Made by a program: the position numbers and the translations under genes | Notes under the pieces: model-generated | Database searches by the model: none | What the model was told of the DNA's origin: nothing | What the model saw: the letters and a program-made list of their open reading frames with translations, nothing else | In this document: positions 43,992 through 53,344 of the stretch, in pieces | How positions within the stretch are numbered: the first letter of the stretch is position 1 | Layout of the letters: the number at the start of each line of letters is the position of its first letter | NCBI GenBank assembly: GCA_035625165.1 | Contig: DASPQC010000009.1 | Location: 9,791-73,790 of the forward strand | From: Thermoplasmata archaeon | GTDB taxonomy: Archaea > Thermoplasmatota > Thermoplasmata > Lutacidiplasmatales > UBA184 | DNA: 64,000 nucleotides | Reading direction: 5' to 3'

Positions 43992-44333
43992 ATGCCCACT
44001 GGTGAGGCCCCGGACCCGGTCCGGGCCACCTTGGTCGCGATCCTGCAGCAGCTCAACCGCGTCGAGTCGATCCACGAGGGACGAGCGAAGGACCAGGCGC
44101 TCGAGCTCGCCGACATCGAGCGAATGCTCGACCGATTCTGGGCGATCGAGCGCGGGGGAGTGAAGGTACCGCTCGCCCTCGGCCTTCTCGTGCGGAACCG
44201 CCTGGTCGAGGTCCACTCCGGCAGCGACTACCCGCGGCGGGCGACCCCCAGCGGCCGAGCCCGCTACCGCATCACGGCCGAGGGGAAGCGGTTCCTGGTC
44301 GAGGCGCTCGAGAAGACCGACCGGATCGCCTGA
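43992..44333 (+). CDS. Small winged-helix-like protein, paralog B
   Basis: 113 aa. 'ATLVAILQQLNRVE' and 'RYRITAEGKRFLVEALEKTDRIA' parallel paralog A. Confidence 0.55.
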   Translation: MPTGEAPDPVRATLVAILQQLNRVESIHEGRAKDQALELADIERMLDRFWAIERGGVKVPLALGLLVRNRLVEVHSGSDYPRRATPSGRARYRITAEGKRFLVEALEKTDRIA

Positions 44334-44375
44334 ACGGCCTTCCGCTCTCGAGAACTTCGCGCCGGTTCGCCAACC

Positions 44376-44384
44376 GTTAAGTAG
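44376..44384 (+). promoter_or_regulatory. Candidate TATA box for rps15-recJ-gyrA
   Basis: GTTAAGTAG centred about 30 nt upstream of ATG 44410. Confidence 0.4.
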
Positions 44385-44409
44385 GGCACGCGTGTCGCGC
44401 GTTTCCCCG

Positions 44410-44865
44410 ATGTCGCGTATCCATTCCGGGCGCAAGGGCCGAGCCGGCTCGCACCGCCCGTACCCGCTCACGAAGCCGGAGTGGGTCACCGCGACCCAGG
44501 ACGAGATCGTCGAGCAGGCGGTCCGCCTGTCGAAAGCCGGGCGGCTCGGGGCCCAGATCGGCCAGACGCTCCGGGACGGCTACGGGGTCCCCTCCGCACG
44601 CGCGGTCACCGGGAAGCGCCTCGGGACCTTGCTCGCCGAGAAAGGGGTGAAGCCGGAGATTCCGGAGGACCTTCAGGCGCTCCTGAAGCGGGTCGTCCAC
44701 CTCCAGCGCCACCTCGAAGCCCATCCGAACGACCTCTCCAACCGGCGGGGCTTGACCCTGCTCGAGTCCCGGATCCGACGGCTGGCCCGGTACTACCGGC
44801 AGCGCCGACGGATCCCCGAGAACTGGCGGTACTCGGCCGCCGGTGCAGCGCTCCAGGTGGAGTGA
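44410..44865 (+). CDS. rps15: 30S ribosomal protein S15 (uS15)
   Basis: 'MSRIHSGRKGRAGS' and C-terminal 'LLESRIRRLARYYR'. ATG 44410 lies about 30 nt downstream of a GTTAAGTAG box. Confidence 0.9.
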   Translation: MSRIHSGRKGRAGSHRPYPLTKPEWVTATQDEIVEQAVRLSKAGRLGAQIGQTLRDGYGVPSARAVTGKRLGTLLAEKGVKPEIPEDLQALLKRVVHLQRHLEAHPNDLSNRRGLTLLESRIRRLARYYRQRRRIPENWRYSAAGAALQVE

Positions 44866-46262
44866 TGCCCTCGGGCCCGGACGGCTTCGTTTCCGACCCA
44901 CGGTACACCGAAGAGTTCGGCCGCGCTCGCTCCCTTCTGCTGGGCCAGCCCGGTCGCTGGCGGGTCATCTATCACTACGACGGGGACGGGGTGTCGGCCG
45001 CCTCGTCCGCTCTCCGCGCCTTCGGCCGGTTGGGCTACCCGGCCCAGGCGACTCCGCTGATGGGGGTCGAGCGCGAGCGGATGGAGGAGCTCCTCGCGAG
45101 CACTCCCGGCCCGGTGCTCGTGACCGACACGGGGGCGACGTGGCTCGACCTGTTCGCCCGTCACCCGCACCCGGTGGTGGTGCTCGACCACCACCGCTAC
45201 GCCGGGGTCCCCCATCCCCCAGACCTTCCGCCCCACGTCGCGTTCGTCAACCCGCTCGACTGGGGGGTCGACGGGATGACCGAGATGTGCGCCGGCACGC
45301 TCACCTGGCTCTTCACCGTCTTCCTCGACCCCGTCAACTGGGACAACGCCCCGTGGGGCCTCTCGGGGGCGATTGCGGACCGGCAGCATGTGGGAGGTTT
45401 CCGTGGCTTGAACGGTCGGCTGGTCGAGGAGGCGGTCCGCCGATCGATCATCCAGCGACGGCCGGGCCTCGCGCTCTACGGCCCCTCGCTCTCCGAGGCC
45501 CTCACGCGGAGCACGGACCCGTTCTTCCGCGGCCTCTCCGGCCGTCCCCCCGCCGCCGCCGAATTCCTCCGCGGCCTCAACCTCGACCCTCGACGCCCAC
45601 CCGCCGACCTGACGGCCGGCGAGGCGAACGGCCTGGGCGAGGCGTTGAAGCACCATCTCGAGGCCGCCCATGTCCTCCCGGAGTTCGTGGCGCTGGTCGA
45701 CCAGGAGCGGTTCTTCGTCCCGTCGCTGGGGCTGGACGCCGAGGAGGTCTCGAACCTCCAGAACGCCAGCGGTCGGGCCGGGATCCCCGGGGTGGGGGTC
45801 GCCTTCGCCTTGGGGGACCGCAGCGCCGAAGCCCGCAGCCGGGCCGCGGAGCAGGAGTGGAGGGAGGGAATCCTGCGGGGGCTCTTGCGAGTGGAGGATG
45901 AAGGCGTTAATTCGATGCGGTTCCTTCGTTGGTTCGAGAGCCCCGAGACGACCCTCGCGGGCACCCAGGCCGGACTCGCGATGAACTTCCTCCTCCCCCC
46001 CGACCTCCCCGTGTTCGTCTTCTCCGAACGACCCCCCGAGCAGTCGAAAGTGAGCGGCCGCGGGACGAACCGCCTGGTCACCCGCGGGCTCAACCTGGCC
46101 GCGGTCTGCCGCGACGCCGCCGCCGAGGTGGGTGGCGAAGGCGGGGGTCACCCGGTGGCAGCCGGTGCCTCGATCCCCGCCGGGAGCCGGGACCGCTTCC
46201 TCGAGGCCGCGGACCGCATCCTGAGCACCCAGCTCGCCGTTCCGGGAGGGGCTGCGCGATGA
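44865..46262 (+). CDS. RecJ-like DHH/DHHA1 phosphoesterase (GAN/Cdc45-RecJ family)
   Basis: 'HYDGDGVSA', 'LVTDTG', 'VVLDHHR' and DHHA1 'GGGHPVAAG'. The ATG shares 1 nt with the rps15 stop (TGATG). Confidence 0.8.
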   Translation: MPSGPDGFVSDPRYTEEFGRARSLLLGQPGRWRVIYHYDGDGVSAASSALRAFGRLGYPAQATPLMGVERERMEELLASTPGPVLVTDTGATWLDLFARHPHPVVVLDHHRYAGVPHPPDLPPHVAFVNPLDWGVDGMTEMCAGTLTWLFTVFLDPVNWDNAPWGLSGAIADRQHVGGFRGLNGRLVEEAVRRSIIQRRPGLALYGPSLSEALTRSTDPFFRGLSGRPPAAAEFLRGLNLDPRRPPADLTAGEANGLGEALKHHLEAAHVLPEFVALVDQERFFVPSLGLDAEEVSNLQNASGRAGIPGVGVAFALGDRSAEARSRAAEQEWREGILRGLLRVEDEGVNSMRFLRWFESPETTLAGTQAGLAMNFLLPPDLPVFVFSERPPEQSKVSGRGTNRLVTRGLNLAAVCRDAAAEVGGEGGGHPVAAGASIPAGSRDRFLEAADRILSTQLAVPGGAAR

Positions 46263-48913
46263 CCGACGCCCCGCCCGCGACGCCGGCCCCGCCGGTCGAC
46301 AAGGTGCGGGACCACCCGCTCGAGGTGGAGATGCACCGCTCGTACATCGATTACGCCATGAGCGTCATCGTCGGGCGGGCGCTCCCCTTCGGCCGGGACG
46401 GGCTCAAACCGGCCCAGCGACGGATCCTCTGGTCGATGTGGGAGTCCGGAGCGACCCACGACCACGCCTACCGCAAGAGCGCGCGGACGGTGGGCGACGT
46501 CCTCGGGAAGTACCACCCGCACGGCGACATGGCGGTCTACGACACGCTCGTTCGGATGGCGCAGCCGTTCAGCCTCCGCTACCCCTTGATCGACGGTCAG
46601 GGGAACTTCGGGTCGATCGACGGAGACGCGCCGGCGGCGATGCGCTACACGGAGGCCCGCCTCTCCCCGATTGCCGAGGAGATGCTTCTCGACATCGAGA
46701 AGGAGACGGTCGACTGGTCGGACAACTTCGACGGGACGCTCAAGGAGCCGCTCCTGCTCCCCTCCAAGGTCCCCAATCTCCTCGTGAACGGCTCCGCGGG
46801 GATCGCCGTCGGCATGGCGACCAACATGCCCCCCCACAACCTGGGGGAGGTGGTCGACGCGCTCCTGCTGCTCCTCGCCCGGCCCGAGGCGGCCTTGGAT
46901 GAGATCATGAAGGTCCTCCCCGGCCCGGACTTCCCGACGGGAGGCTATCTCTCGCAGGAGGGGATCCGCGAAGCGTACGAGACCGGGCGCGGGATGGTCC
47001 ACCTCCGCGGCACCGCCGAGATCCGCGAGCGCGGAGAGCGGGACGAGATCGTCATCACCGAGGTCCCGTACGAGGTCAACAAGGCCCAGCTGCTCGAGCT
47101 GATCGCCGACCTCGTGAAGGCGAAGCGGATCGACGGCATCACCGACCTCCGGGACGAGTCGGACCGTTCGGGGACGAGCGTCGTCCTCGAGCTGCGCCGG
47201 GACGCGCCGAGCGAGATCGTCCTCAACCGGCTCTACGAGCACACGCCGCTCGAGACGAGTTTCGGCGTGATCAACCTCTGCCTCGTGGGCGGACGCCCCC
47301 GCGTCCTCCCGCTCAAGGAGCTCTTGGAGCTCCACCTGACGCACCGGCGGGAGACGCTGACCCGCCGGACGAAGTTCGACCTCAAGAAGGCGGAGGAGCG
47401 GCTCCACATCCTCGAGGGATTCCTCACCGCCATCGACCACATCGACGAGGTCATCCGCATCATCCGGCGCTCGCGGGACGCCCAGGTCGCCGAGACGAGC
47501 CTCATGGGGAAATTCCTGCTCTCCTCCGAGCAGGCGAAGGCGATCCTCGACATGCGCCTCGCGCGCCTGACGGCGCTCGAGCGCGAGTCGGTCGAGAAGG
47601 AGAAGGCGGAGAAGGAGGCGCTCGTCCGCCACCTCAAGGAGGTCCTCGGCTCGCCGAAGCTTCTGGACCGCCTCATCGTGGACGAGCTCACCGACCTCAA
47701 GACGCGGTTCGGCGACCCCCGGAGGACCCGCATCGTCCCGGCGTTCACGGAACGGACCCTCGCGGACCTGATACCGGACATGGACGTGGTCGTCCTCGTC
47801 ACCCGCGACGGCTACGTGAAGCGCCTCCCCCTCGACCAGTACCGCCGTCAACGCCGTGGTGGCCGCGGCCTCGTCCAGATGGAGACGAAGGAGGAGGACA
47901 TCGTCATCCGCACCTTCGTGACGCGGACGCACGACGACGTCCTGTTCTTCACCACGCTGGGCCGGGTCTACCGCCTGAAGGCCTACGAGCTCCCCGAGGG
48001 GAGCCGCCACTCGAAGGGGAAGGCGATCATCAACCTCCTCCCGCGGCTCAAGGACGGCGAGCACGTCCGCACGCTCCTCCCGCTCCACGACCTCGCCGGG
48101 GAGGGAGCGCTCCTGTTCGCGACCCGGCGCGGCATCGTGAAACGGACGACCCTGGACCAGTTCCAGAACATCCGCACGAGCGGGATCCAGGCCGTCCTCC
48201 TCGACGAGGGGGACGAGCTGGTGGACGTGATGCTCGTCACCGGTGACTCGACCGAGATCCTGCTCTCCACCCACGCGGGCCAGCTGGTCCGTTTCGCCCT
48301 CGGCGAGGTCCGTCCGATGGGCCGCGCGACCTACGGGGTGATCGGGGTCCGGCTCTCCAAGTCGAAGGACGACCGCGTGGTCGCGATGGCGGTCGTGAGC
48401 CCGCGGTACCCGAACCTCCTCTCGCTCACGACCACCGGCTTCGGGAAACGGACGCCGATCGCCGACTACCGCGAGACCAAGCGGGGCGCGAAAGGGGTCC
48501 GCACGATCAAGACCGGAGGGCGGAACGGAACGGTGGTCGCCGTCCTGCCGACGACGGACGCGTCCGAGCTCCTCGTCACCACCCAGCGGGGGATCACCAT
48601 CCGCATGGCGGTCAAGGGCATCCGCACGCAGTCGAGGAACACCCTCGGCGTCCGCGTCATCCGGCTGGACGAGGGGGACGAGGTCCGGGACGCCATCACG
48701 ATCGAGCCCTCGATCGAGGGGAACGGGGGCGAAGCGGCCGAGGCGCCTCCCGAGGCCGAGGGGAAGAAGGTCACCCGCGAGCCCGAGCGAACGCCGGCGC
48801 CGGACGAGGAGGAGCCCCCCGCGGAGCCGGAGGACGAATCGGACGACAGCCCTCCGTCCGAGCCGGACGACGAGGACAAGGAGGACGACCGTGCGTCGTC
48901 ATCGAAGGGGTAA
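46259..48913 (+). CDS. gyrA: DNA gyrase subunit A
   Basis: '[15 protein letters not shown]', '[11 protein letters not shown]', active-site Tyr in '[10 protein letters not shown]', '[15 protein letters not shown]', a beta-pinwheel CTD and an acidic tail. ATGA overlap with the recJ-like stop. Confidence 0.95.
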   Translation: MTDAPPATPAPPVDKVRDHPLEVEMHRSYIDYAMSVIVGRALPFGRDGLKPAQRRILWSMWESGATHDHAYRKSARTVGDVLGKYHPHGDMAVYDTLVRMAQPFSLRYPLIDGQGNFGSIDGDAPAAMRYTEARLSPIAEEMLLDIEKETVDWSDNFDGTLKEPLLLPSKVPNLLVNGSAGIAVGMATNMPPHNLGEVVDALLLLLARPEAALDEIMKVLPGPDFPTGGYLSQEGIREAYETGRGMVHLRGTAEIRERGERDEIVITEVPYEVNKAQLLELIADLVKAKRIDGITDLRDESDRSGTSVVLELRRDAPSEIVLNRLYEHTPLETSFGVINLCLVGGRPRVLPLKELLELHLTHRRETLTRRTKFDLKKAEERLHILEGFLTAIDHIDEVIRIIRRSRDAQVAETSLMGKFLLSSEQAKAILDMRLARLTALERESVEKEKAEKEALVRHLKEVLGSPKLLDRLIVDELTDLKTRFGDPRRTRIVPAFTERTLADLIPDMDVVVLVTRDGYVKRLPLDQYRRQRRGGRGLVQMETKEEDIVIRTFVTRTHDDVLFFTTLGRVYRLKAYELPEGSRHSKGKAIINLLPRLKDGEHVRTLLPLHDLAGEGALLFATRRGIVKRTTLDQFQNIRTSGIQAVLLDEGDELVDVMLVTGDSTEILLSTHAGQLVRFALGEVRPMGRATYGVIGVRLSKSKDDRVVAMAVVSPRYPNLLSLTTTGFGKRTPIADYRETKRGAKGVRTIKTGGRNGTVVAVLPTTDASELLVTTQRGITIRMAVKGIRTQSRNTLGVRVIRLDEGDEVRDAITIEPSIEGNGGEAAEAPPEAEGKKVTREPERTPAPDEEEPPAEPEDESDDSPPSEPDDEDKEDDRASSSKG

Positions 48914-48917
48914 GACG

Positions 48918-49073
48918 ATGCTCGTCTGCCCGAAGTGCGGCTCCGAGAAGGTCGCACTGATCGCGGGGTCGATCGTCGGCCAGGTCTACCATTGCGGGAA
49001 GTGCGACTACGTGGGGTCGCTCGTCCTCGAGGTCGACATCGACGACGACGGGACCCCGGTGACCTCGACCTGA
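48918..49073 (+). CDS. Small zinc-ribbon protein
   Basis: 51 aa with 'CPKCGS...CGKCDY'. It starts 5 nt after the gyrA stop. Confidence 0.45.
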   Translation: MLVCPKCGSEKVALIAGSIVGQVYHCGKCDYVGSLVLEVDIDDDGTPVTST

Positions 49074-50357
49074 CTAGAAATCCGGTTCGGTGGTCGCGAG
49101 CGGCTCGGCCGGGAGCGCCGCACTCTCGGCGAGCGTCCGGCCGCGGGCGACCAACTGGAGCGCCCGGACCGTCTCCCGCACGTCGTGGGTCCGGACGAGG
49201 TCGACCCCTCGCTCGGCCGCGAGGACGGCCGCGGCGAGCCCGGCCTCCATGCGGTCGAGCGGGCCGCCGGAGCCGAGCGCCCAGCCGAGGAACGACTTCC
49301 GCGAGGCCCCGAGGAGGACCGGGAATCCGAGGCTGCGGAACTCGTCCGCGTGCCAGAGGAGCTCGAGGCTCTGGGCCGCCGTCTTCCCGAACCCGAGGCC
49401 CGGGTCGATGAGGAGGCGGTCCGGCTCGATCCCGTCCGCGACCGCGCGGTCGGTCGCCGCGGCGAGCGTCCGGTAGACCTCGCCCCGAAGGTCGACGTAG
49501 TCCGTGTTCGACTGCATCGTCTCGGGGGTGCCGCGCATGTGCATCACGACCGCCGCGGCGCCGGTGCGGGCGACCACGCGACGCATCTCCTCGGTTCGGA
49601 GCCCTTCGACGTCGTTCACGAGGTCCGCACCGGCCTCGACCGCCTTCGCGGCGACCTCCGCGTGGCGGGTGTCGATCGAAAGCGGGACCTTGAAGCGTCC
49701 CCGCAGGCGGTCGAGGACGGGCCCGACCCGCTTCCACTCGACCTCCGCGCTCACCGAGGTGGCCCCCGGCCGTGTCGACTCGCCCCCGATGTCGATCACG
49801 TCGGCCCCTTCCGAGGCCATCGTCTCGGCGCGCGCGACCGCGAGGTCGGGCGCAAGGTACCGGCCGCCGTCCGAGAACGAGTCCGGGGTGACGTTCACGA
49901 CCCCCATCACCCGCGGGCGGTCCCCGAGCGTGATCGTCCGGTGGGCGGCCTTGAGCGGGCGCGGTCCGTGCGCGACGAAGCTCCGCAGCGCGCGGTCGAG
50001 CTCCTCCGAAAGCTCCGCCAGGCGGAATGGCTGCCGGCGGAGCTTCGGGAGGAGGCGACGGTACTGGCCCCACGTCGCGAGGAGGACGACCGGCGTCTGG
50101 GCGACCGAATGGTCGGCGACGCCCCGTGCATGGGCCGCGTCGCCGCCGACGCTCAGGAGCTCCTGCTTCAGGATGGGCGCGGCCTTCAGCGAGACCTCGT
50201 CCAGGCGGACGGCGAAGATGCGGCCCTTGCGGGTCATGATGCCGACCCCCTCAGGGTCGGAGGCGGTCGCGCCGATCTCCCGCGCGATCTCGGGAAGGGT
50301 CGTGGCCGACAGGACCCGGGCGTGGAACCGATGCGGGCGTGGGGCCGGCTCCGCCAT
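49074..50357 (-). CDS. folP: Dihydropteroate synthase with an extra ~130-aa N-terminal domain
   Basis: 'VMGVVNVTPDSFSDGG', 'VIDIGGESTRPG', 'SIDT', 'VNDV', 'DPGLGFGK' and 'LLGASRKSF'. Start at ATG 50357. Confidence 0.85.
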   Translation of the reverse strand: MAEPAPRPHRFHARVLSATTLPEIAREIGATASDPEGVGIMTRKGRIFAVRLDEVSLKAAPILKQELLSVGGDAAHARGVADHSVAQTPVVLLATWGQYRRLLPKLRRQPFRLAELSEELDRALRSFVAHGPRPLKAAHRTITLGDRPRVMGVVNVTPDSFSDGGRYLAPDLAVARAETMASEGADVIDIGGESTRPGATSVSAEVEWKRVGPVLDRLRGRFKVPLSIDTRHAEVAAKAVEAGADLVNDVEGLRTEEMRRVVARTGAAAVVMHMRGTPETMQSNTDYVDLRGEVYRTLAAATDRAVADGIEPDRLLIDPGLGFGKTAAQSLELLWHADEFRSLGFPVLLGASRKSFLGWALGSGGPLDRMEAGLAAAVLAAERGVDLVRTHDVRETVRALQLVARGRTLAESAALPAEPLATTEPDF

Positions 50358-50452
50358 GGCAGTTGAAGACCGCGGCCCCCCAAAAGGCCGACGGAACGAA
50401 CGGGGCGCACGGTTTTCTCTCGACGGGCCTCTCCGGGGCCGGAGGCGATCCG

Positions 50453-51220
50453 GTGCCACCGCGTCCCCGCCTCGTGGCCGTCGACGGCCCGTCGGCGTCG
50501 GGGAAGAGCACAGTCGTCGCGCGGCTCGCCCGGACCCAGGACTGGGTGCCGCTCGCCGAGGCGTACGACCGCACGACCCCGCCCATCGACCTTCACTTCT
50601 CCTCGCTCCCTGAGCTGGCCCGGATCGAACGGACCCTCCTCGAAGAGGAGGCGAACCGATGGACCGTCGCGCGCGCGCTCCTTCACCGGGGCTGGTCGGT
50701 CATCGCGGACACCGGGTTTCTCGGCCCGCTCACCTACACCCGCGGGCTCGTCGGGGAGGGGCTGGCTTCGCCCGGGCTCCTGTCCGAGCTCGCCGAGCGG
50801 GCGCAGCGACTGGCGCTCCGAAGGCGGTGGGGCCTTCCTGACCTCACCGTCTACCTTCAAGTGCCCGAGCGGCTCCGGCGAGAACGGGCCCGGCTCGACC
50901 GGGCCCACCATCCACCGGACCTCTATGCCCGGCACGAGGCGGTCGCTCGGCGCGAGGCGTTCTTCTACGAGACCGAATGGCCGAGCATCGACCGTTCCGC
51001 CGTGTATGTAGTTCCGGCCGCCGGGCCCACCGACCGAATCGCGGCCCGGGTGGCGGAACGCGTGCGCCGTTCGCTGCCCCGTGGGACGGCCGCGCGCCAC
51101 CTGCCCCGGCTGCTCGCCACCCTTTCGGTTCCCCCGGGCGCCCTCCTTCGAGGAACGGCGACCCGGTCGTCGGCAACCGTTAAGAAGACGACCCGTCCTG
51201 CCCACCACCCCCGCCGATGA
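50453..51220 (+). CDS. P-loop NTPase / nucleotide-kinase-like protein (specificity unknown)
   Basis: Walker A 'LVAVDGPSASGKSTVV' and Walker-B-like 'WSVIADTG'. Start set at GTG 50453 to avoid overlapping the divergent folP. The stop overlaps the Sm gene ATG (ATGA). Confidence 0.55.
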   Translation: MPPRPRLVAVDGPSASGKSTVVARLARTQDWVPLAEAYDRTTPPIDLHFSSLPELARIERTLLEEEANRWTVARALLHRGWSVIADTGFLGPLTYTRGLVGEGLASPGLLSELAERAQRLALRRRWGLPDLTVYLQVPERLRRERARLDRAHHPPDLYARHEAVARREAFFYETEWPSIDRSAVYVVPAAGPTDRIAARVAERVRRSLPRGTAARHLPRLLATLSVPPGALLRGTATRSSATVKKTTRPAHHPRR

Positions 51221-51429
51221 AACCGCTCGACGTCCTCCACGACAACCTGCACAAGCGGGTCCTGGTCGAGACGAAGGGCGGACGCTCGTTCCGCGGGGTC
51301 CTGGACGCCTACGACCAGCACCTGAACCTCGTGCTCTCGGGGGCTGAGGAGGTCGTGAAGGACGTCGTCACCCCGCACGCGGGCGTGACGCTCGTGCGCG
51401 GCGACTCGATCATCTACGTCTCACCGTAG
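51217..51429 (+). CDS. Sm-like archaeal protein (SmAP/LSm)
   Basis: Sm1 'RVLVETKGGRSFRGVLDAYDQHLNLVL' and Sm2 'VTLVRGDSIIYV'. Confidence 0.9.
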   Translation: MKPLDVLHDNLHKRVLVETKGGRSFRGVLDAYDQHLNLVLSGAEEVVKDVVTPHAGVTLVRGDSIIYVSP

Positions 51430-51440
51430 GAGGGGTTCGA

Positions 51441-51602
51441 ATGGGAAAGGGAACACCGGCCCGACGTGGAGGGAAGATCGTCCACGTCATCTGCCGCCGG
51501 TGCGGCCGCCACTCGTACCACCGGCAGAAGAAGGTCTGCGCCTCCTGCGGGTTCGGCGCGAACTCCCGCCGCCGCGGCTACGACTGGGCGAAGCTGAGGT
51601 AG
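51441..51602 (+). CDS. rpl37e: 50S ribosomal protein L37e
   Basis: Not in the ORF track because it is under 60 aa. My translation is MGKGTPARRGGKIVHVICRRCGRHSYHRQKKVCASCGFGANSRRRGYDWAKLR, with the C4 zinc knuckle typical of L37e. The Sm-L37e linkage is typical of archaea. Confidence 0.9.
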   Translation: MGKGTPARRGGKIVHVICRRCGRHSYHRQKKVCASCGFGANSRRRGYDWAKLR

Positions 51603-52185
51603 GCGGACGCCCCGGCCGGGGCCGCGAGACGGAAGGCTCATCTCGGATCGCAAAGCGGAGCGGGCGCTCGACCGCCTGACGGATTCCGACCCGCGGGCCG
51701 ACCACGACCGCCCGCGGCCGGCGTCCCCGCGCGAGCACCATCACCCGGCGGTCTCGGGTCGCATCTCGCCCGTCGTCCGAGAGGGTGAGGCCGAGGTGGC
51801 GGCAGAGGCGCCCCGGGCCGCTCGTTCTCCCATCGGCCCCGAGGTTCGGGGTTCCGGCTCGGAGGAGGACGGCTTCGCCGCAGCGGGTGACGAGGTTCGC
51901 GCAAACGACCTGATGGATCTGGAAGACGTAGAGGGTCCCCGGTCGGCCGAACATCGAGCGGTTGCGCCGGGTCGGACCCCGGAACGCGTGGCTCGCCGGA
52001 TCTCCGCGGACGTACGCCTCCGTCTCGGAGAGGAGCACCGACCGTTCCTCCGCGCCGTCCCGCACGACCAGCGTCGTGCCGAGCAGCGCCCGCGCGACGC
52101 GGACCGTCGGACGGTCGAAGAACGACCGACCGAGCCGACGTCGCGGCTCAGAGGATCTTCCCTCGGTCGACCAGCGGTCGGCCAT
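51487..52185 (-). CDS. mpg: DNA-3-methyladenine glycosylase (AAG/Mpg family)
   Basis: 'FFDRPTVRVARALLG' and 'ETEAYVRGDPASHAFRGPTRRNRSMFGRPGTLYVFQIHQ'. The last ~44 aa form an Arg/Ser/Gly-rich tail that is antisense to rpl37e. Confidence 0.8.
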   Translation of the reverse strand: MADRWSTEGRSSEPRRRLGRSFFDRPTVRVARALLGTTLVVRDGAEERSVLLSETEAYVRGDPASHAFRGPTRRNRSMFGRPGTLYVFQIHQVVCANLVTRCGEAVLLRAGTPNLGADGRTSGPGRLCRHLGLTLSDDGRDATRDRRVMVLARGRRPRAVVVGPRVGIRQAVERPLRFAIRDEPSVSRPRPGRPPTSASPSRSRGGGSSRRTRRRRRPSSAGGTSGGRTGGR

Positions 52186-53257
52186 CGACCGCGACCGTCG
52201 CCTCCCCGACCGTGATCCAGGAAAGGAAGCGGCACCGGTTCCGCCCCCCGTAGTGGGTGTTTCCTCCGATCGCGACCGTGACGGTTCCGGCCGGCTGGTC
52301 CTCGGCCTGGGGGACCGACCGGTCGAGCGCGTCGTTCAGACCGAGCGCGACCAGCCCCACCGTCTCCCGGCCGCGCGGGGCGGCGGCGAACTCCTCGTCG
52401 AACGCCTCCCCCCCGTCGGTGTACCAGTAGTTGCGAAGGCGGCCCCCCTCGAGCTCCCATTGGGCCCCTTCGACCCGGCCCGGCCGAAGGAAGCTCGGTC
52501 GGTTGGAGACGGCCACCCCGGTCGCCGAATGCTCGTCGACGGCGACCACGACCGACCCGGCGGGAGCGGTCGCCACGACCTGGCCCCGGCGGCGGTCCTC
52601 GGCGTCGACCTGGCCGTCGTCCACCCACGGGGTCCGCCCCCGCAGACGAAAACGGACGTCCGTGCCGTTCCCGGCCTGCAGGTGCAGCTCGCGGCCCCGG
52701 GCCAGCAGGCGGGCCGCCTTCGCCCCGTTCGCCTTGAGCTCGCCGTAGTCCACCTGGGTGATACCGCGGACGAGCTGGCTCCGCCAGAGCGCCCCCGGGA
52801 CCGCCCAGTGTTCGGCCTGCGCATCCGAAGCGTACCCGAGGAGGCAGCGGACCGCTCGCAGGCCGGTCGCCCGCGCCCGGCGGAGCCACTCGTCTTCCGC
52901 GCCCAGGAACGGGGACTGGAGCTGGGGCGGGAGCGCGTGCAGGCGGGGCCGGTCGGCTGGTCCGGGAAAGTAGAGGAAGGCATCGGCGTGCCGTAACGCG
53001 GAGCGAGCGGGCGACGAGAGTCGGGCCCAGCTCCGCGGAGAGACGGCGGTGTCGAGACTGTGCCAGAAGGCGCCCTCGTCCTCGAGGAGGAGGAGCGGAC
53101 GGGCGCCGATGCGGCGGGATTCGGCGACCAGGGCGCTCGCCCACGGGAGCGTGTGGTTCCAGGTCGAGACGACCAGATGTTCCCCCCGACGCAGGGAGAG
53201 CGCGCTCCCGACCAGGGCGCGAGCGACGGCCGTCGGGGTCCCCCCGTCCGCGGGCAC
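52148..53257 (-). CDS. M29 (AmpS/aminopeptidase T)-like protein
   Basis: The overall layout and blocks 'HLVVSTWNHTLPWASALV' and 'GTVTVAIGGN' resemble thermophilic aminopeptidases. Several expected metal-ligand positions look substituted by eye. Confidence 0.5.
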   Translation of the reverse strand: MPADGGTPTAVARALVGSALSLRRGEHLVVSTWNHTLPWASALVAESRRIGARPLLLLEDEGAFWHSLDTAVSPRSWARLSSPARSALRHADAFLYFPGPADRPRLHALPPQLQSPFLGAEDEWLRRARATGLRAVRCLLGYASDAQAEHWAVPGALWRSQLVRGITQVDYGELKANGAKAARLLARGRELHLQAGNGTDVRFRLRGRTPWVDDGQVDAEDRRRGQVVATAPAGSVVVAVDEHSATGVAVSNRPSFLRPGRVEGAQWELEGGRLRNYWYTDGGEAFDEEFAAAPRGRETVGLVALGLNDALDRSVPQAEDQPAGTVTVAIGGNTHYGGRNRCRFLSWITVGEATVAVDGRPLVDRGKIL

Positions 53258-53344
53258 CGCCGACGAAGGGGAAGGACGGGGTTAAGAGTTTGGAGAGGGC
53301 GCGGCACGCCGAGGCTATTGGAGGCCCTCTCTTCCCGCCGCTCG

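Noticed and set aside
46148-48274. 708-aa minus-strand ORF
   Set aside because: It is antisense to gyrA (unambiguous motifs, including the active-site Tyr). The composition is shadow-ORF-like.
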